Translations under genes and position numbers: made by a program | The notes under the pieces: model-generated | What the model was told of the DNA's origin: nothing | Database searches by the model: none | Seen by the model: the letters and a program-made list of their open reading frames with translations, nothing else | DNA from: Parcubacteria group bacterium | Lineage (GTDB): Bacteria; Patescibacteriota; Minisyncoccia; Moranbacterales; UBA11712 | NCBI GenBank assembly: GCA_041659065.1 | Contig: JBAZYY010000001.1 | Coordinates: forward strand, 163,124 to 227,123 | Length of the DNA: 64,000 nt | Direction of reading: 5' to 3' | Shown: positions 18,974 to 28,041 of the stretch, one piece after another | How positions within the stretch are numbered: position 1 is the stretch's first letter | Layout: every line of letters starts with the position of its first letter

Positions 18974-19078
18974 TGCCAAAAAAAAGAAATTCATTTTGTT
19001 TTTATTTGCGGTGTTGCTGGTATTTTAGCATAAAAAAGACAAACTTAAAAACAGCCTTTTAATGAAAGACTGCTTTTA
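18974..19078. repeat. Right copy of imperfect direct repeat (duplicated 5' end of Clp-like gene, MNFFF)
   Basis: Homologous to 9899-9995. Confidence 0.75.
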
Positions 19079-19154
19079 CGATTACTTAAGTTGTTTGTGG
19101 TACCTTTTGGTTAAAATCCGAACTTTTTTTGACGAAAATCCGGATTTTGAAAAT

Positions 19155-19205
19155 TGGCGGGTAGGGAGGGATTCGAACCCCCGTAGCCCGAAGGCGCCAG
19201 ATTTA
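19155..19205 (-). pseudogene. 3' half of tRNA-Tyr with encoded CCA, preceded by 35-nt insert
   Basis: TAAATCTGGCGCCTTCGGGCTACGGGGGTTCGAATCCCTCCCTACCC-G-CCA; identical to intact copy except discriminator. Confidence 0.85.
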
Positions 19206-19240
19206 TGTCGCCTCTTGCGGCACCCCGCCAATGGCGGTGG
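19206..19240. repeat. 35-nt double-hairpin insert at the anticodon (copy 1)
   Basis: Flanked on the minus strand by GACTG and TAAATC. Confidence 0.9.
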
Positions 19241-19258
19241 CAGTCTTAGTTAAATTTG

Positions 19259-19341
19259 TGGGTAGGGAGGGATTCGAACCCCCGTAGCCCGAAGGCGCCA
19301 GATTTACAGTCTGGTACAATTGGCCGCTCTGTCACCTACCC
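19259..19341 (-). tRNA. tRNA-Tyr(GTA), intact, CCA not encoded
   Basis: GGGTAGG acceptor stem, CCAGA-CTGTAAA-TCTGG anticodon arm, long variable arm, GGTTCGAATCC, discriminator A. Confidence 0.95.
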
Positions 19342-19342
19342 G

Positions 19343-19594
19343 TTACTTTATTCTTTTAATCAATTTTTTAAACGCGTCACCACCTTTGTATGATTTTATC
19401 CGTAATTCTCTTTTGTAAGCATCATTCTTAGTATTATATTCTTCCGTATAAATAATTTTCCAGGGACGAGCACTCTTAGTCGATCTTACTAATCCTCGGT
19501 TATGTCTTTCCAGTCTATTATTTAAGTCCTGCGTACGGCCAATATAATATTTATTAGATTTTTCTATAGATTCTAAAATATATACTCTATACAT
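19343..19594 (-). CDS. Small GIY-YIG nuclease (copy 1)
   Basis: VYILES...YYIGRT..L..RLERHN.G...TK..RPW...AYKRELRIKS.KG. Confidence 0.9.
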   Translation of the reverse strand: MYRVYILESIEKSNKYYIGRTQDLNNRLERHNRGLVRSTKSARPWKIIYTEEYNTKNDAYKRELRIKSYKGGDAFKKLIKRIK

Positions 19595-19622
19595 AACATA
19601 ATAGCATGAACATTCTGATTTA

Positions 19623-19692
19623 TGCCGCCCCTAGCGGCACCCCGCCAACGGCGGTGGCAGTCTGGTACAATTGGCCGCTCTGTCACCTACCC
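19623..19692 (-). pseudogene. tRNA-Tyr 5' half (19658-19692) plus 35-nt insert (19623-19657)
   Basis: Identical to intact tRNA up to anticodon G, then the insert, then TAAATC. Confidence 0.85.
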
Positions 19693-19693
19693 G

Positions 19694-19945
19694 TTACTTT
19701 ATTCTTTTAATCAATTTTTTAAACGCGTCACCACCTTTGTATGATTTTATCCGTAATTCTCTTTTGTAAGCATCATTCTTAGTATTATATTCTTCCGTAT
19801 AAATAATTTTCCAGGGACGAGCACTCTTAGTCGATCTTACTAATCCTCGGTTATGTCTTTCCAGTCTATTATTTAAGTCCTGCGTACGGCCAATATAATA
19901 TTTATTAGATTTTTCTATAGATTCTAAAATATATACTCTATACAT
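19694..19945 (-). CDS. Small GIY-YIG nuclease (copy 2, identical)
   Basis: Same 83-aa sequence as copy 1. Confidence 0.9.
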   Translation of the reverse strand: MYRVYILESIEKSNKYYIGRTQDLNNRLERHNRGLVRSTKSARPWKIIYTEEYNTKNDAYKRELRIKSYKGGDAFKKLIKRIK

Positions 19946-19973
19946 AACATAATAGCATGAACATTCTGATTTA

Positions 19974-20043
19974 TGCCGCCCCTAGCGGCACCCCGCCAAC
20001 GGCGGTGGCAGTCTGGTACAATTGGCCGCTCTGTCACCTACCC
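19974..20043 (-). pseudogene. tRNA-Tyr 5' half (20009-20043) plus 35-nt insert (19974-20008)
   Basis: As above; lies directly downstream of tRNA-Thr. Confidence 0.85.
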
Positions 20044-20083
20044 GTTTTAAAATAGTACTATTCGCTCCGCGTCATCAACCGGG

Positions 20084-20155
20084 AGCCGGGAAGAGGAGTC
20101 GAACCCCCAACCTACTGTTTACAAAACAGTTGCTCTGCCATTGAGCTATCCCGGC
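20084..20155 (-). tRNA. tRNA-Thr(TGT)
   Basis: GCCGGGATAGCTCAATGGCAGAGCAACTGTTTTGTAAACAGTAGGTTGGGGGTTCGACTCCTCTTCCCGGCT cloverleaf. Confidence 0.95.
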
Positions 20156-20172
20156 AAACTCAACTTAAGCAT

Positions 20173-20916
20173 TTATGATCCTAATCTCATTCGCATCTCA
20201 ATTTCTCTCAAGCTACTTTTTGCCTTTAGATCCCGTGGTCGCAATTTCAGAACCATCTTAAAAGAGTCTTTAGCATCTTTTATGTTGCCCGTTGCCAGGT
20301 AGTAGTCGCCTAACTCGCGATAAGCTTCAATATCCTTTGGATTTTCCGCAATTCTGAAAATTAAAGCTTCTTCCCGTGCTTTATTTTCCGGTATTGGCTC
20401 TTCTCTTAATTTCGGAAGTGGCATTTCCGGCTGTTTTTTTCTCCTTAGCACAGCAAGTCCACTGGTAAAACCTGCCCCTTCTTCTTTTCTAATAAGCATT
20501 TCTTCGTCCGTATCAGGCCGATTCTCATCGTCCAGACTTATGTTCTTAATCTTATCAAGAAAACCTGCTTGGTCTTGCAGTTCATTTCCCGGTGAGGCAA
20601 AAGATTGTTCATCCGTATTTCGTTTACCCTTTTTCATTTTGAGCGCCCACCCTGATACAATCATCTCGGATTTCTTAAAACCGTTTTTTAATAAAATCAG
20701 AAGATTTTCCAGGATTCGGGCTAGAGTAACTAATATTCTTTTTGACTTGGTTCCTTCGCGCTCCGCGTTAACGCTGATTTTTTCCGAAACTCCGAGTTGA
20801 ATGCCCCGGCTTTTCAGTCTGGAAATCTTTCTCCAAACCAAAAGGATTAGCGCCACGAGAGAAATAAGCAATATTATTGGTGGTACGTAGATCCAAAACA
20901 TAAAACCATTTAACAA
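20173..20916 (-). CDS. Membrane-anchored protein with C-terminal TPR
   Basis: N-terminal TM; NPKDIEAYRELGDYY...AKDSFKMVLKLRP. Confidence 0.75.
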   Translation of the reverse strand: MLNGFMFWIYVPPIILLISLVALILLVWRKISRLKSRGIQLGVSEKISVNAEREGTKSKRILVTLARILENLLILLKNGFKKSEMIVSGWALKMKKGKRNTDEQSFASPGNELQDQAGFLDKIKNISLDDENRPDTDEEMLIRKEEGAGFTSGLAVLRRKKQPEMPLPKLREEPIPENKAREEALIFRIAENPKDIEAYRELGDYYLATGNIKDAKDSFKMVLKLRPRDLKAKSSLREIEMRMRLGS

Positions 20917-20917
20917 A

Positions 20918-21604
20918 TTATTTTACAACTTTTTTGGGTTCTTCTTTTTCCTCCTCCTTTAGTTTGTCACGATAAAAATCCGCTTCGTATGCGAGACAGC
21001 ACATCAGCCGCCCGCATAACCCGGAAATTCTTTCCGATCCCCTGTGCAGAATTTGCTGGACCTTAGCCATCTCTGAACCGATACTGGGCAGATCGCCCTT
21101 GAATGTAATGCAGCAAAGATGCCTTCCACAAATGCCATATCCCCCTTGCTGCCTGGCTTCGTCCCGGGCGCCGATTTGATGAAGCCTCACGGATCTTTGA
21201 AACTGCTTTGACAGATTTTTCACTAACTCCCTGAAATCCACCCTTCCATCCGCGATAAATGCAAATGTAATGATTCCCCCATCAAATGAATAGTCGGCAG
21301 ACACAACCTTCATCGGCAAATTGCTTTTTTTAATTTCGCCATGGCAATATTCTATCGTTTCCTCAGCTTTTTTCTTATGCTCGCGGATAATGTCAATATC
21401 CCGCAAGTTGGCTTTCCGCAGAACTTTCGCAACCGGGAAATTTTCGGCATGTTCACGCTCGACGTAGTTTAATTCGTCCACAATGGCTGACTCGAGCACA
21501 TCGTCAATTTGGGCAATAACGATGTCACCAACATTGAGCGGAAAATTACTCTCCGCCTTTTTGGATTCTTCCCATTTATGGATTTTTACGGAGATATAGC
21601 TCAT
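20918..21604 (-). CDS. PSP1 domain / RicT (YaaT)-like protein
   Basis: GRVDFRELVK, QIGARDEA, GICGRHLCC, ISGLCGRLMCCLAYE. Confidence 0.9.
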   Translation of the reverse strand: MSYISVKIHKWEESKKAESNFPLNVGDIVIAQIDDVLESAIVDELNYVEREHAENFPVAKVLRKANLRDIDIIREHKKKAEETIEYCHGEIKKSNLPMKVVSADYSFDGGIITFAFIADGRVDFRELVKNLSKQFQRSVRLHQIGARDEARQQGGYGICGRHLCCITFKGDLPSIGSEMAKVQQILHRGSERISGLCGRLMCCLAYEADFYRDKLKEEEKEEPKKVVK

Positions 21605-21627
21605 TTACCCTATGTCTTGAAAATTTT

Positions 21628-22227
21628 CTAGATTTTAAATCTCACAAAATTTTTTATCTGGATATTTTCGCCAATTTTAGCAATTTTTTCTTTGAGTAAA
21701 TCCCCCACTGTAATATTATTGTCTTTTACGAATGGTTGGCTCAAGAGTGACAACTCTTCAAAATGCTTCTTGATTTTTCCACTTACAATTTTTTCAATAA
21801 TTTCTTCGGGTTTATTCTCGGAGGATAATTCTTCCCGCGTAACATGTTCAAATTCTTCTTTTTCCTTTCCGCTGGCGTCATCAATAGACAAATATTTAGG
21901 ATTCATAGCGGCTATATGCATGGCAATATCATAGGCAAGATCTTGAAACTCGGAATTTTTTGCGACAAAATCTGTCTCGCATACCAGTTCGACCATCGCT
22001 CCAACCTGTTTGTTGCTGTGAATATAGGCTGCGACAATTCCCTGTCCCGTCTCCCTGTCGGATTTTTTTTCGGCTCTTTCCTTTCCTTTTGCCCTCAGAA
22101 AATCCTTGGCTTTTTGCATATCGCCAGAAGCTTCTTCCAACGCGTTGCGGCAATCCATGATGCTGGCTCCCGTTTCATCTCGCAATTCCTTAACTATGCC
22201 AGCGGATATTTTTGTTTTTTCGCTCAT
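21628..22227 (-). CDS. tsf: Elongation factor Ts (short form)
   Basis: VKELRDETGASIMDCRNAL, CETDFVA, IGENI. Confidence 0.95.
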   Translation of the reverse strand: MSEKTKISAGIVKELRDETGASIMDCRNALEEASGDMQKAKDFLRAKGKERAEKKSDRETGQGIVAAYIHSNKQVGAMVELVCETDFVAKNSEFQDLAYDIAMHIAAMNPKYLSIDDASGKEKEEFEHVTREELSSENKPEEIIEKIVSGKIKKHFEELSLLSQPFVKDNNITVGDLLKEKIAKIGENIQIKNFVRFKI

Positions 22228-22233
22228 ATGATC

Positions 22234-23049
22234 CTATTGTTGTGAATTATTTTTGGCGTCAGCTTTCTTTTCATCAGCTGCTTTCTTTTTTGCCAGCTTG
22301 ATTCGTTTTACAACCAAACCCAACAGGTATTTCAAAGATGATAAAGCGTCATCATTTCCCGGAATTGGATAATCGACCAAAGTCGGATCAGTATTGGTAT
22401 CCGCAATTCCTATTGTAGGAATTTTAACTTTTCTGGATTCTTTCAAGGCCAAAATATCTTCCTTGATATCTGTCACAAAAACTGCCTGCGGCATCCTGTC
22501 CATCGTCTTGATTCCGCCCATCTTTTCATTCATCTTGTCTATTTCCTTGTTTAGCTGGCTCTTTTCGTATTTGGTGAACTTTTCAAAATCTCCCCTGGAT
22601 TTTCCCAACTCCTGATCGTTCAGATATTTTATCCGCTTTTTTATAACGTCGTAGTTAGTAAAGGTTCCGCCCAGCCATCGGTGCGTGACATAAGGCATCT
22701 CGCATTCATGAGCGACTACCTCAATCAGCTTCCGCGTCTGCGGCTTCGTTCCGATAAAGAGAATTTTCCCGCCACTGGCGGCAATGCCTTCTATATAATC
22801 AAGAGCCTTCTCAAACAACACGGCTGTTTTTTCAAGATCGATTATATGAATATTGTTCCTTACTATAAAGGTATAGGGCTTCATCTTTGGATTCCAACGC
22901 GATTTTTTGTGCCCAAAATGAACACCCCGCTTCAACATTTCCGGCACTGACAGCTCCAGCGCCTCATAATTAAAACCACCGAGAACTTCTTGTCTCGAGG
23001 CTTCATCAACTGAAGGGCTTTTTGAGCCCTCGCTATTACTTTTTTGCAT
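22234..23049 (-). CDS. rpsB: 30S ribosomal protein S2
   Basis: GVHFGH...WNPKM, RWLGGTFTN, DTNTDP, IPGNDDA. Confidence 0.95.
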   Translation of the reverse strand: MQKSNSEGSKSPSVDEASRQEVLGGFNYEALELSVPEMLKRGVHFGHKKSRWNPKMKPYTFIVRNNIHIIDLEKTAVLFEKALDYIEGIAASGGKILFIGTKPQTRKLIEVVAHECEMPYVTHRWLGGTFTNYDVIKKRIKYLNDQELGKSRGDFEKFTKYEKSQLNKEIDKMNEKMGGIKTMDRMPQAVFVTDIKEDILALKESRKVKIPTIGIADTNTDPTLVDYPIPGNDDALSSLKYLLGLVVKRIKLAKKKAADEKKADAKNNSQQ

Positions 23050-23329
23050 GATTGTTTCCTTTAATTATTTACCCTGTTAAATGCCGGTAATGGGCGCTCC
23101 TGCCTGGCAGGATTACTTAATAGGGGTAACTTCTATTTCCTTCTGCGCCTAAGCCATATACCCGGAACTGAAGCCTAAAATAGCTATAAAACAGGACCGG
23201 GGCAAGGATGGCAAGCTCTGGAAATATGAATGATAACACATGGATTTTAGCAGGTGCCAAGAGGCTTGTCAATTCTAATATAATATGGTAGCCTATGATA
23301 GTTATTATTTATTGGGATTAGCTTATATT

Positions 23330-23704
23330 ATGAAAAAAGATATCCATCCAACTTACTACACTGATGCTAAAATTATTTGTTCCTGTGGCAACACTATCAT
23401 CACGGGTTCGACAAAAAAGGAAATGAAAGTCGAGGTCTGCAGCGCCTGTCATCCCTTTTATACTGGGAAAAAACGCCTAGTTGACTCCACGGGACGTCTT
23501 GACCGCTTCAAGAAGCGCTCTGAAAAGACGGCTCAGATTCAAGCCGTTGAACTAGCTAAAAAGCAAGCGAAGAAAAAACCCGCCCCGGCAAAAGCGGTGA
23601 AACCAGCGAAAAAGAAAGTTGCGGCCAAAAAGGCTGTTGCGAAGAAAGTGGCTGTTAAAAAATCGACAGCCAAGAAAGCACCGGCAAAGGCGAAGAAAAA
23701 ATAA
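23330..23704 (+). CDS. rpmE: 50S ribosomal protein L31 with Lys/Ala-rich tail
   Basis: [24 protein letters not shown]; start moved to ATG 23330. Confidence 0.95.
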   Translation: MKKDIHPTYYTDAKIICSCGNTIITGSTKKEMKVEVCSACHPFYTGKKRLVDSTGRLDRFKKRSEKTAQIQAVELAKKQAKKKPAPAKAVKPAKKKVAAKKAVAKKVAVKKSTAKKAPAKAKKK

Positions 23705-23734
23705 CTTAACTTCTCGTTAAGGAGGTGTTTTACC

Positions 23735-23971
23735 GTGTTGATATATTCAAGGAAGCGGATTTTTAGCCCCAAGGAGCTTGCAAATAGGGCGGCATTACTG
23801 GCAGCCCGAAATCGCAAGCGCGCAAATCGGGCAGCCCGACCGAAACTCACGCCAGCAGAACTTGCCGCTCAGGCAAGAGCTGCGAGGATACTGATCCTGG
23901 AGGCGCAAGAGGAGAGGACACGTGATCTCGAATTTCGCCAACGGGGGCGGTACGCCTACCGGGGGTGGTAA
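23735..23971 (+). CDS. Small basic hypothetical protein
   Basis: AAGGAGGT Shine-Dalgarno before GTG; followed by a long hairpin. Confidence 0.55.
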   Translation: MLIYSRKRIFSPKELANRAALLAARNRKRANRAARPKLTPAELAAQARAARILILEAQEERTRDLEFRQRGRYAYRGW

Positions 23972-24079
23972 AACCATTCTATATTTATCCCGACGAACGT
24001 TAGACTGTTAAATGCAGCTAAAGAATACGTTCGTCGGGCACATTCAAAAGCAGTTTTTAGAAAGACTGTTTTTGTTTAT

Positions 24080-24640
24080 TTACAGTATTGATTTAATTAC
24101 TTCAATTATTTTCGCATTTTTCATTCCTTTTGCGACTGCGTACTGGAGATATTTCACGGAATTTTCATGTTGCTCGAGATCATATGCATCGACGCAATCG
24201 AGCGCCAGAATTACTTCATAATCTCTCTGATAAGCGTCAATTGCAGTGACGCGGACGCAAGTCATAGTGTTTATGCCCGCTATTATGACCGTATCAACTT
24301 TTAGCTTTTTTAGCAGTTCCTCTAAATTGGTATTAAAAAACGAGCTATAGCGTTTCTTCACTATTTCATAATCATTTTTATTTTTATGTAATTCCGGCAA
24401 AAATTCAGCGCCGGGCGTGCCTTCAATCGTCGATAATTTATGATGCTTGCGGTTATATAACGGCGCGTCGGACAAATCCGCCTTAAATTTCTGCCGGATC
24501 CAAATCACCGGAATATTTTTATTATGCGCCGCATCAGCCAATTTATTGATATTAGCCACCAATTTATCTTTATTTTCCTTAAGCCGACCTTCTTCAAAAA
24601 ATTCCCGCTGAACGTCAATGATTAATAACACAGTTTTCAT
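24080..24640 (-). CDS. Isochorismatase family cysteine hydrolase
   Basis: LLIIDVQ, KKRYSSFFNT.L, AGINTMTCVRVTAIDA. Confidence 0.9.
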   Translation of the reverse strand: MKTVLLIIDVQREFFEEGRLKENKDKLVANINKLADAAHNKNIPVIWIRQKFKADLSDAPLYNRKHHKLSTIEGTPGAEFLPELHKNKNDYEIVKKRYSSFFNTNLEELLKKLKVDTVIIAGINTMTCVRVTAIDAYQRDYEVILALDCVDAYDLEQHENSVKYLQYAVAKGMKNAKIIEVIKSIL

Positions 24641-24691
24641 ATTTTCCTATTTAAATCTTAACAGCGCAACTCCTCCAATAATACCGTTATT

Positions 24692-25147
24692 TTAATCCTT
24701 TCTTTTAAAATTTTTCGACAAAATCTTATCCATCCACACAAATGCTTTCCCCTTTTTTAGCCCATTTGTGATATAAAATTTTTCCGCCTTTTCATTCTGA
24801 CTATCAACGAGAGCGCATACATATTCGCATTTGATGGATTTAAGTTTTTCAATGGCTGTTTTCAATAATTTTTTCGCGATTTCCCTGTTTCTATGCGAAG
24901 GAGTTATGAAGATATTTTCGATAATCGCTTTTTTGAATGTCGGATTATGATTAATGATTATAAACCCGACTATTTCTTCATTTTCTTCCGCGACAAATAG
25001 AAAGCCTGATTTACTTTGTATGCAATTGCGTAAAATTTTCTTCGGCCAAAAGTTAACAGTGTCTTTGGAAACGCTAAATTCACTAACATCTCTGCCAAGT
25101 TCATCAATTTTTTTCACATCATCTACTTTTGCTTTTCGAATGCGCAT
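24692..25147 (-). CDS. GNAT N-acetyltransferase
   Basis: MRIRKA, IFITPSHRNREIAKKLL, NEKAEKFY. Confidence 0.85.
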   Translation of the reverse strand: MRIRKAKVDDVKKIDELGRDVSEFSVSKDTVNFWPKKILRNCIQSKSGFLFVAEENEEIVGFIIINHNPTFKKAIIENIFITPSHRNREIAKKLLKTAIEKLKSIKCEYVCALVDSQNEKAEKFYITNGLKKGKAFVWMDKILSKNFKRKD

Positions 25148-25227
25148 TAAATATTCTATTAACTTTTAATATCGACTTTTTGGAAAAAAGTGGGGGGCCG
25201 CCAGAAATATATTATATTTGACAGCCC

Positions 25228-25464
25228 CTATGCTGCAAGGGCGAAGTGAACAGCAGGCTCGGTTTCAGGTTTGTATTTGCGGATTTTATCCGGATCCTCA
25301 GGTGGATCGCATGACGGGAAGATATGATACTTGTAAACGACCAGTTGGCCCTCTTCGATACGAACAGAGGCTTTGTAACATTCTCCCGGCATAATAAATT
25401 GACAGCAATTATCACACCAATGCTCAATTTGAGCAATGCGAAGGTAAGTCCGCAAGATTCGCAT
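25228..25464 (-). CDS. Small Cys-containing hypothetical protein
   Basis: Likely start MRILRT after GAGAGGGGG; HWCDNC...PGECY. Confidence 0.45.
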   Translation of the reverse strand: MRILRTYLRIAQIEHWCDNCCQFIMPGECYKASVRIEEGQLVVYKYHIFPSCDPPEDPDKIRKYKPETEPAVHFALAA

Positions 25465-25505
25465 AGATGCCCCCCCTCTCTTGATAGATTTACCCGACAA
25501 ATGCT

Positions 25506-26018
25506 TTAATGAACTTCTTTTTCGAATAGAAAATAATCCTGATGGTGCCAGAAATTTTTTAGATTGGCGATTTTTTTATATTTTTCCGACTTAAGCAACT
25601 TGATTGACGCAAAATTATTCACTCGAGTATCGCACCAGATCTTATGTGCTCCTCTTTTTTTCGCCGAATCGTCAAGCGCTCTGATTAATAATCGCCCGAC
25701 GCCTTTTCCCCGGGCTAAGCCTGTCACGGCAAACCATTCCAGCCAAACGACCGTGCCTTCATCCTGATTTATGCAAAATCCCACAATCTCATTTCCTTCG
25801 CGAGCCACTAAAACCGAGAATTTATCTTCTTTTATTTTTCGCAAGAGAACTTTGGCTGAGTATTTATTTATTTCGCAACTTCTGGCCGCCGGCGTATAAA
25901 ATTCAAGAGCAGAGATGATTTCTCGCGCCAACCTGGAAACTTTAGCAGCCTCCAAAGCCCGCATCGGTCGGATAACAATGCTATTTTTAAGATTTTTATT
26001 TCGTTTTGCTTGAAACAT
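25506..26018 (-). CDS. GNAT N-acetyltransferase
   Basis: ARGKGVGRLL, NFASIKLL. Confidence 0.85.
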   Translation of the reverse strand: MFQAKRNKNLKNSIVIRPMRALEAAKVSRLAREIISALEFYTPAARSCEINKYSAKVLLRKIKEDKFSVLVAREGNEIVGFCINQDEGTVVWLEWFAVTGLARGKGVGRLLIRALDDSAKKRGAHKIWCDTRVNNFASIKLLKSEKYKKIANLKNFWHHQDYFLFEKEVH

Positions 26019-26045
26019 ATTGACGCAACAAAGAGTGGTTATAAA

Positions 26046-26741
26046 TTATTTTTTTCTGCAAATTGAAATATAATCGCCATACTCTGATTTAAAAGTTGGC
26101 CAGGTTTTGAGGGTTTCGACGCTGCTAAAATATTTTTCATAGATGGGTAAGCGTTTTTTAAAAGAGGTTTTAAATTCATTCATCATTACATCGTTGTGGA
26201 GAATATCAACAGTTGCCAAAACAACATCTTCGGGAGCACCATTGCTTATAGTCGCACGCAAATATTCATACCCCAACTTCGCGGCTGCGATCTTTCTTTC
26301 TTTTTCGCTTGAATAATCATCAATATAACAGTCTGAGATTATGCAAAATCCGTCAGCCTTTACCATTGAAGCCATTCTTTCAACAGCCTTTTCTTGTTTT
26401 TCATAAGGTATATGGTGAACAGATCCTGTGCAAATAACTACGTCAAAAAGCCCTTTTGGTTCCCAGAAAAGAACATCGCCAACTTCAAAATTAATTCCCG
26501 GGTATTTTTCTTTTGCATAGTCTATGTATTTTTTATTCAAGTCTACTCCCAGAAGCGACAAGTCCTTTCTTTGTCCAGCTATCAGGCTTAATAAGTAACC
26601 GGTACCGCACATTAAATCCAATAAACTACCATTTACTGGGGATTGCGAAGTGATGGTCTCTAATACTTTCTTTAAAGATTCTTTGTAGGGCATATAAGCC
26701 ATCTCTCCTTCATATGTTTTTGATTCTGGCAGTTCCTTCAT
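26046..26741 (-). CDS. Class I SAM-dependent methyltransferase
   Basis: LLDLMCGTG, GVDLN, FDVVIC, HHIP. Confidence 0.85.
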   Translation of the reverse strand: MKELPESKTYEGEMAYMPYKESLKKVLETITSQSPVNGSLLDLMCGTGYLLSLIAGQRKDLSLLGVDLNKKYIDYAKEKYPGINFEVGDVLFWEPKGLFDVVICTGSVHHIPYEKQEKAVERMASMVKADGFCIISDCYIDDYSSEKERKIAAAKLGYEYLRATISNGAPEDVVLATVDILHNDVMMNEFKTSFKKRLPIYEKYFSSVETLKTWPTFKSEYGDYISICRKK

Positions 26742-26883
26742 AATGGCCTTTTAAAAATTAAATTTTGCCCAACTCATATTTAGTTGAGCTAATAACTAGA
26801 TAAGCACTGAATGTTGTGTATTACCTAGATATATGCTACTTTTATTTGGAAATTGAGGTTAATTTGATGATACCGCAATATTT

Positions 26884-27945
26884 ATGAAAAGCCAAATTGA
26901 CGCGATAAAAAAGGAATATCTGGAACTTAAAACCGAGCTCGAAAAGCCCGATGTGGTTTCTGATAACCAAAAAATGAAAATTATGGGAAAAAGGATGGCG
27001 GAACTCGAACCGATCATGGTTAAAATATCCGAACTTGAAAAAATCAAAAAAGATATGGCCGGAAACGCTGAAATCATAAACAGCCAGCAAGATGAGGAGC
27101 TGGCCAGCCTGGCAATGGAAGAAAATATCAAACTCTCCAAAGAAAAGGAAATCTTGGAAAGCGAGCTGCAGACACTCCTGATACCGAAAGACCCGCATGA
27201 TACCAAGGATGTTATTGTTGAAATCCGGGCCGGAGCCGGAGGAGACGAATCTGCGCTTTTTGCGGCGGAGCTATTGCGGATGTATTTGCGCTATGCGGAA
27301 AAGAACGGCTGGCATGCTTCTCTTTTAAGTTCGAGTCCGAACGCTATCGGAGGATTCAAAGAAGTTATTGCAAGCATTGAAGGAAAGGATGTATTTGGAA
27401 AAATGAAATATGAATCAGGCGTGCACCGAGTGCAAAGAGTTCCCGAAACGGAAAAGATGGGGAGAATTCACACTTCAACGGCAACGGTCGCAGTTCTTCC
27501 TGAGGCGGAGGAAGTTGATGTTGAGATTAATCCCAAGGATTTGCGCATTGACACCTTTTGTTCTTCCGGACCCGGCGGACAGAGCGTGAATACAACCTAT
27601 AGCGCTGTCCGCATCACGCATATTCCAACCGGCACTATCGTATCTTGCCAGGATGAAAAATCTCAAATCAAAAACAAGGAAAAAGCCTTGAAGGTTTTGC
27701 GGTCGCGAATTTTAGCGACTCAGGAAGAAAAAAGGCTGAAGGAACTCGGCGCGGAAAGGAAAAGTCAAATTGGAACCGGGGATCGATCGGAAAAAATCCG
27801 GACTTACAACTTCCCGCAAGACCGCATCACTGACCATCGTATCAAAGAAAGCTGGAGTAATATTAGCGCGATACTCGACGGAGATTTAGGGAAGATTATT
27901 GATTCGCTGGAAGAAGAAGACTTTAAGAGAAAAATGACGAACTAA
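26884..27945 (+). CDS. prfA: Peptide chain release factor 1
   Basis: [32 protein letters not shown]. Confidence 0.97.
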   Translation: MKSQIDAIKKEYLELKTELEKPDVVSDNQKMKIMGKRMAELEPIMVKISELEKIKKDMAGNAEIINSQQDEELASLAMEENIKLSKEKEILESELQTLLIPKDPHDTKDVIVEIRAGAGGDESALFAAELLRMYLRYAEKNGWHASLLSSSPNAIGGFKEVIASIEGKDVFGKMKYESGVHRVQRVPETEKMGRIHTSTATVAVLPEAEEVDVEINPKDLRIDTFCSSGPGGQSVNTTYSAVRITHIPTGTIVSCQDEKSQIKNKEKALKVLRSRILATQEEKRLKELGAERKSQIGTGDRSEKIRTYNFPQDRITDHRIKESWSNISAILDGDLGKIIDSLEEEDFKRKMTN

Positions 27946-28041
27946 ATCCAAACTCTAGAATCCAAATGCCAAATCAAGTTCAAAGCTTAAAATATAAAAC
28001 TTTTTTAATTTAGATTTTAGAATTTATTTGAAATTTGAGCT

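Larger units (their letters stand above)
19307..20046. repeat. Tandem repeat with 351-bp period (tRNA 5' half + 35-nt insert + GIY-YIG gene)
   Basis: Identical ORFs offset by 351; cagtctggtacaa...ctacccgtt at 19307, 19658, 20009. Confidence 0.9.

Noticed and set aside
19062-19253. 63-aa plus-strand ORF
   Set aside because: Largely the antisense reading of the tRNA 3' half and insert (GRDSNP); not credible as a gene.
19206-20008. Group I or archaeal-type tRNA intron
   Set aside because: 35 nt is far too short for a group I core, and no insert is flanked by both complete tRNA halves.
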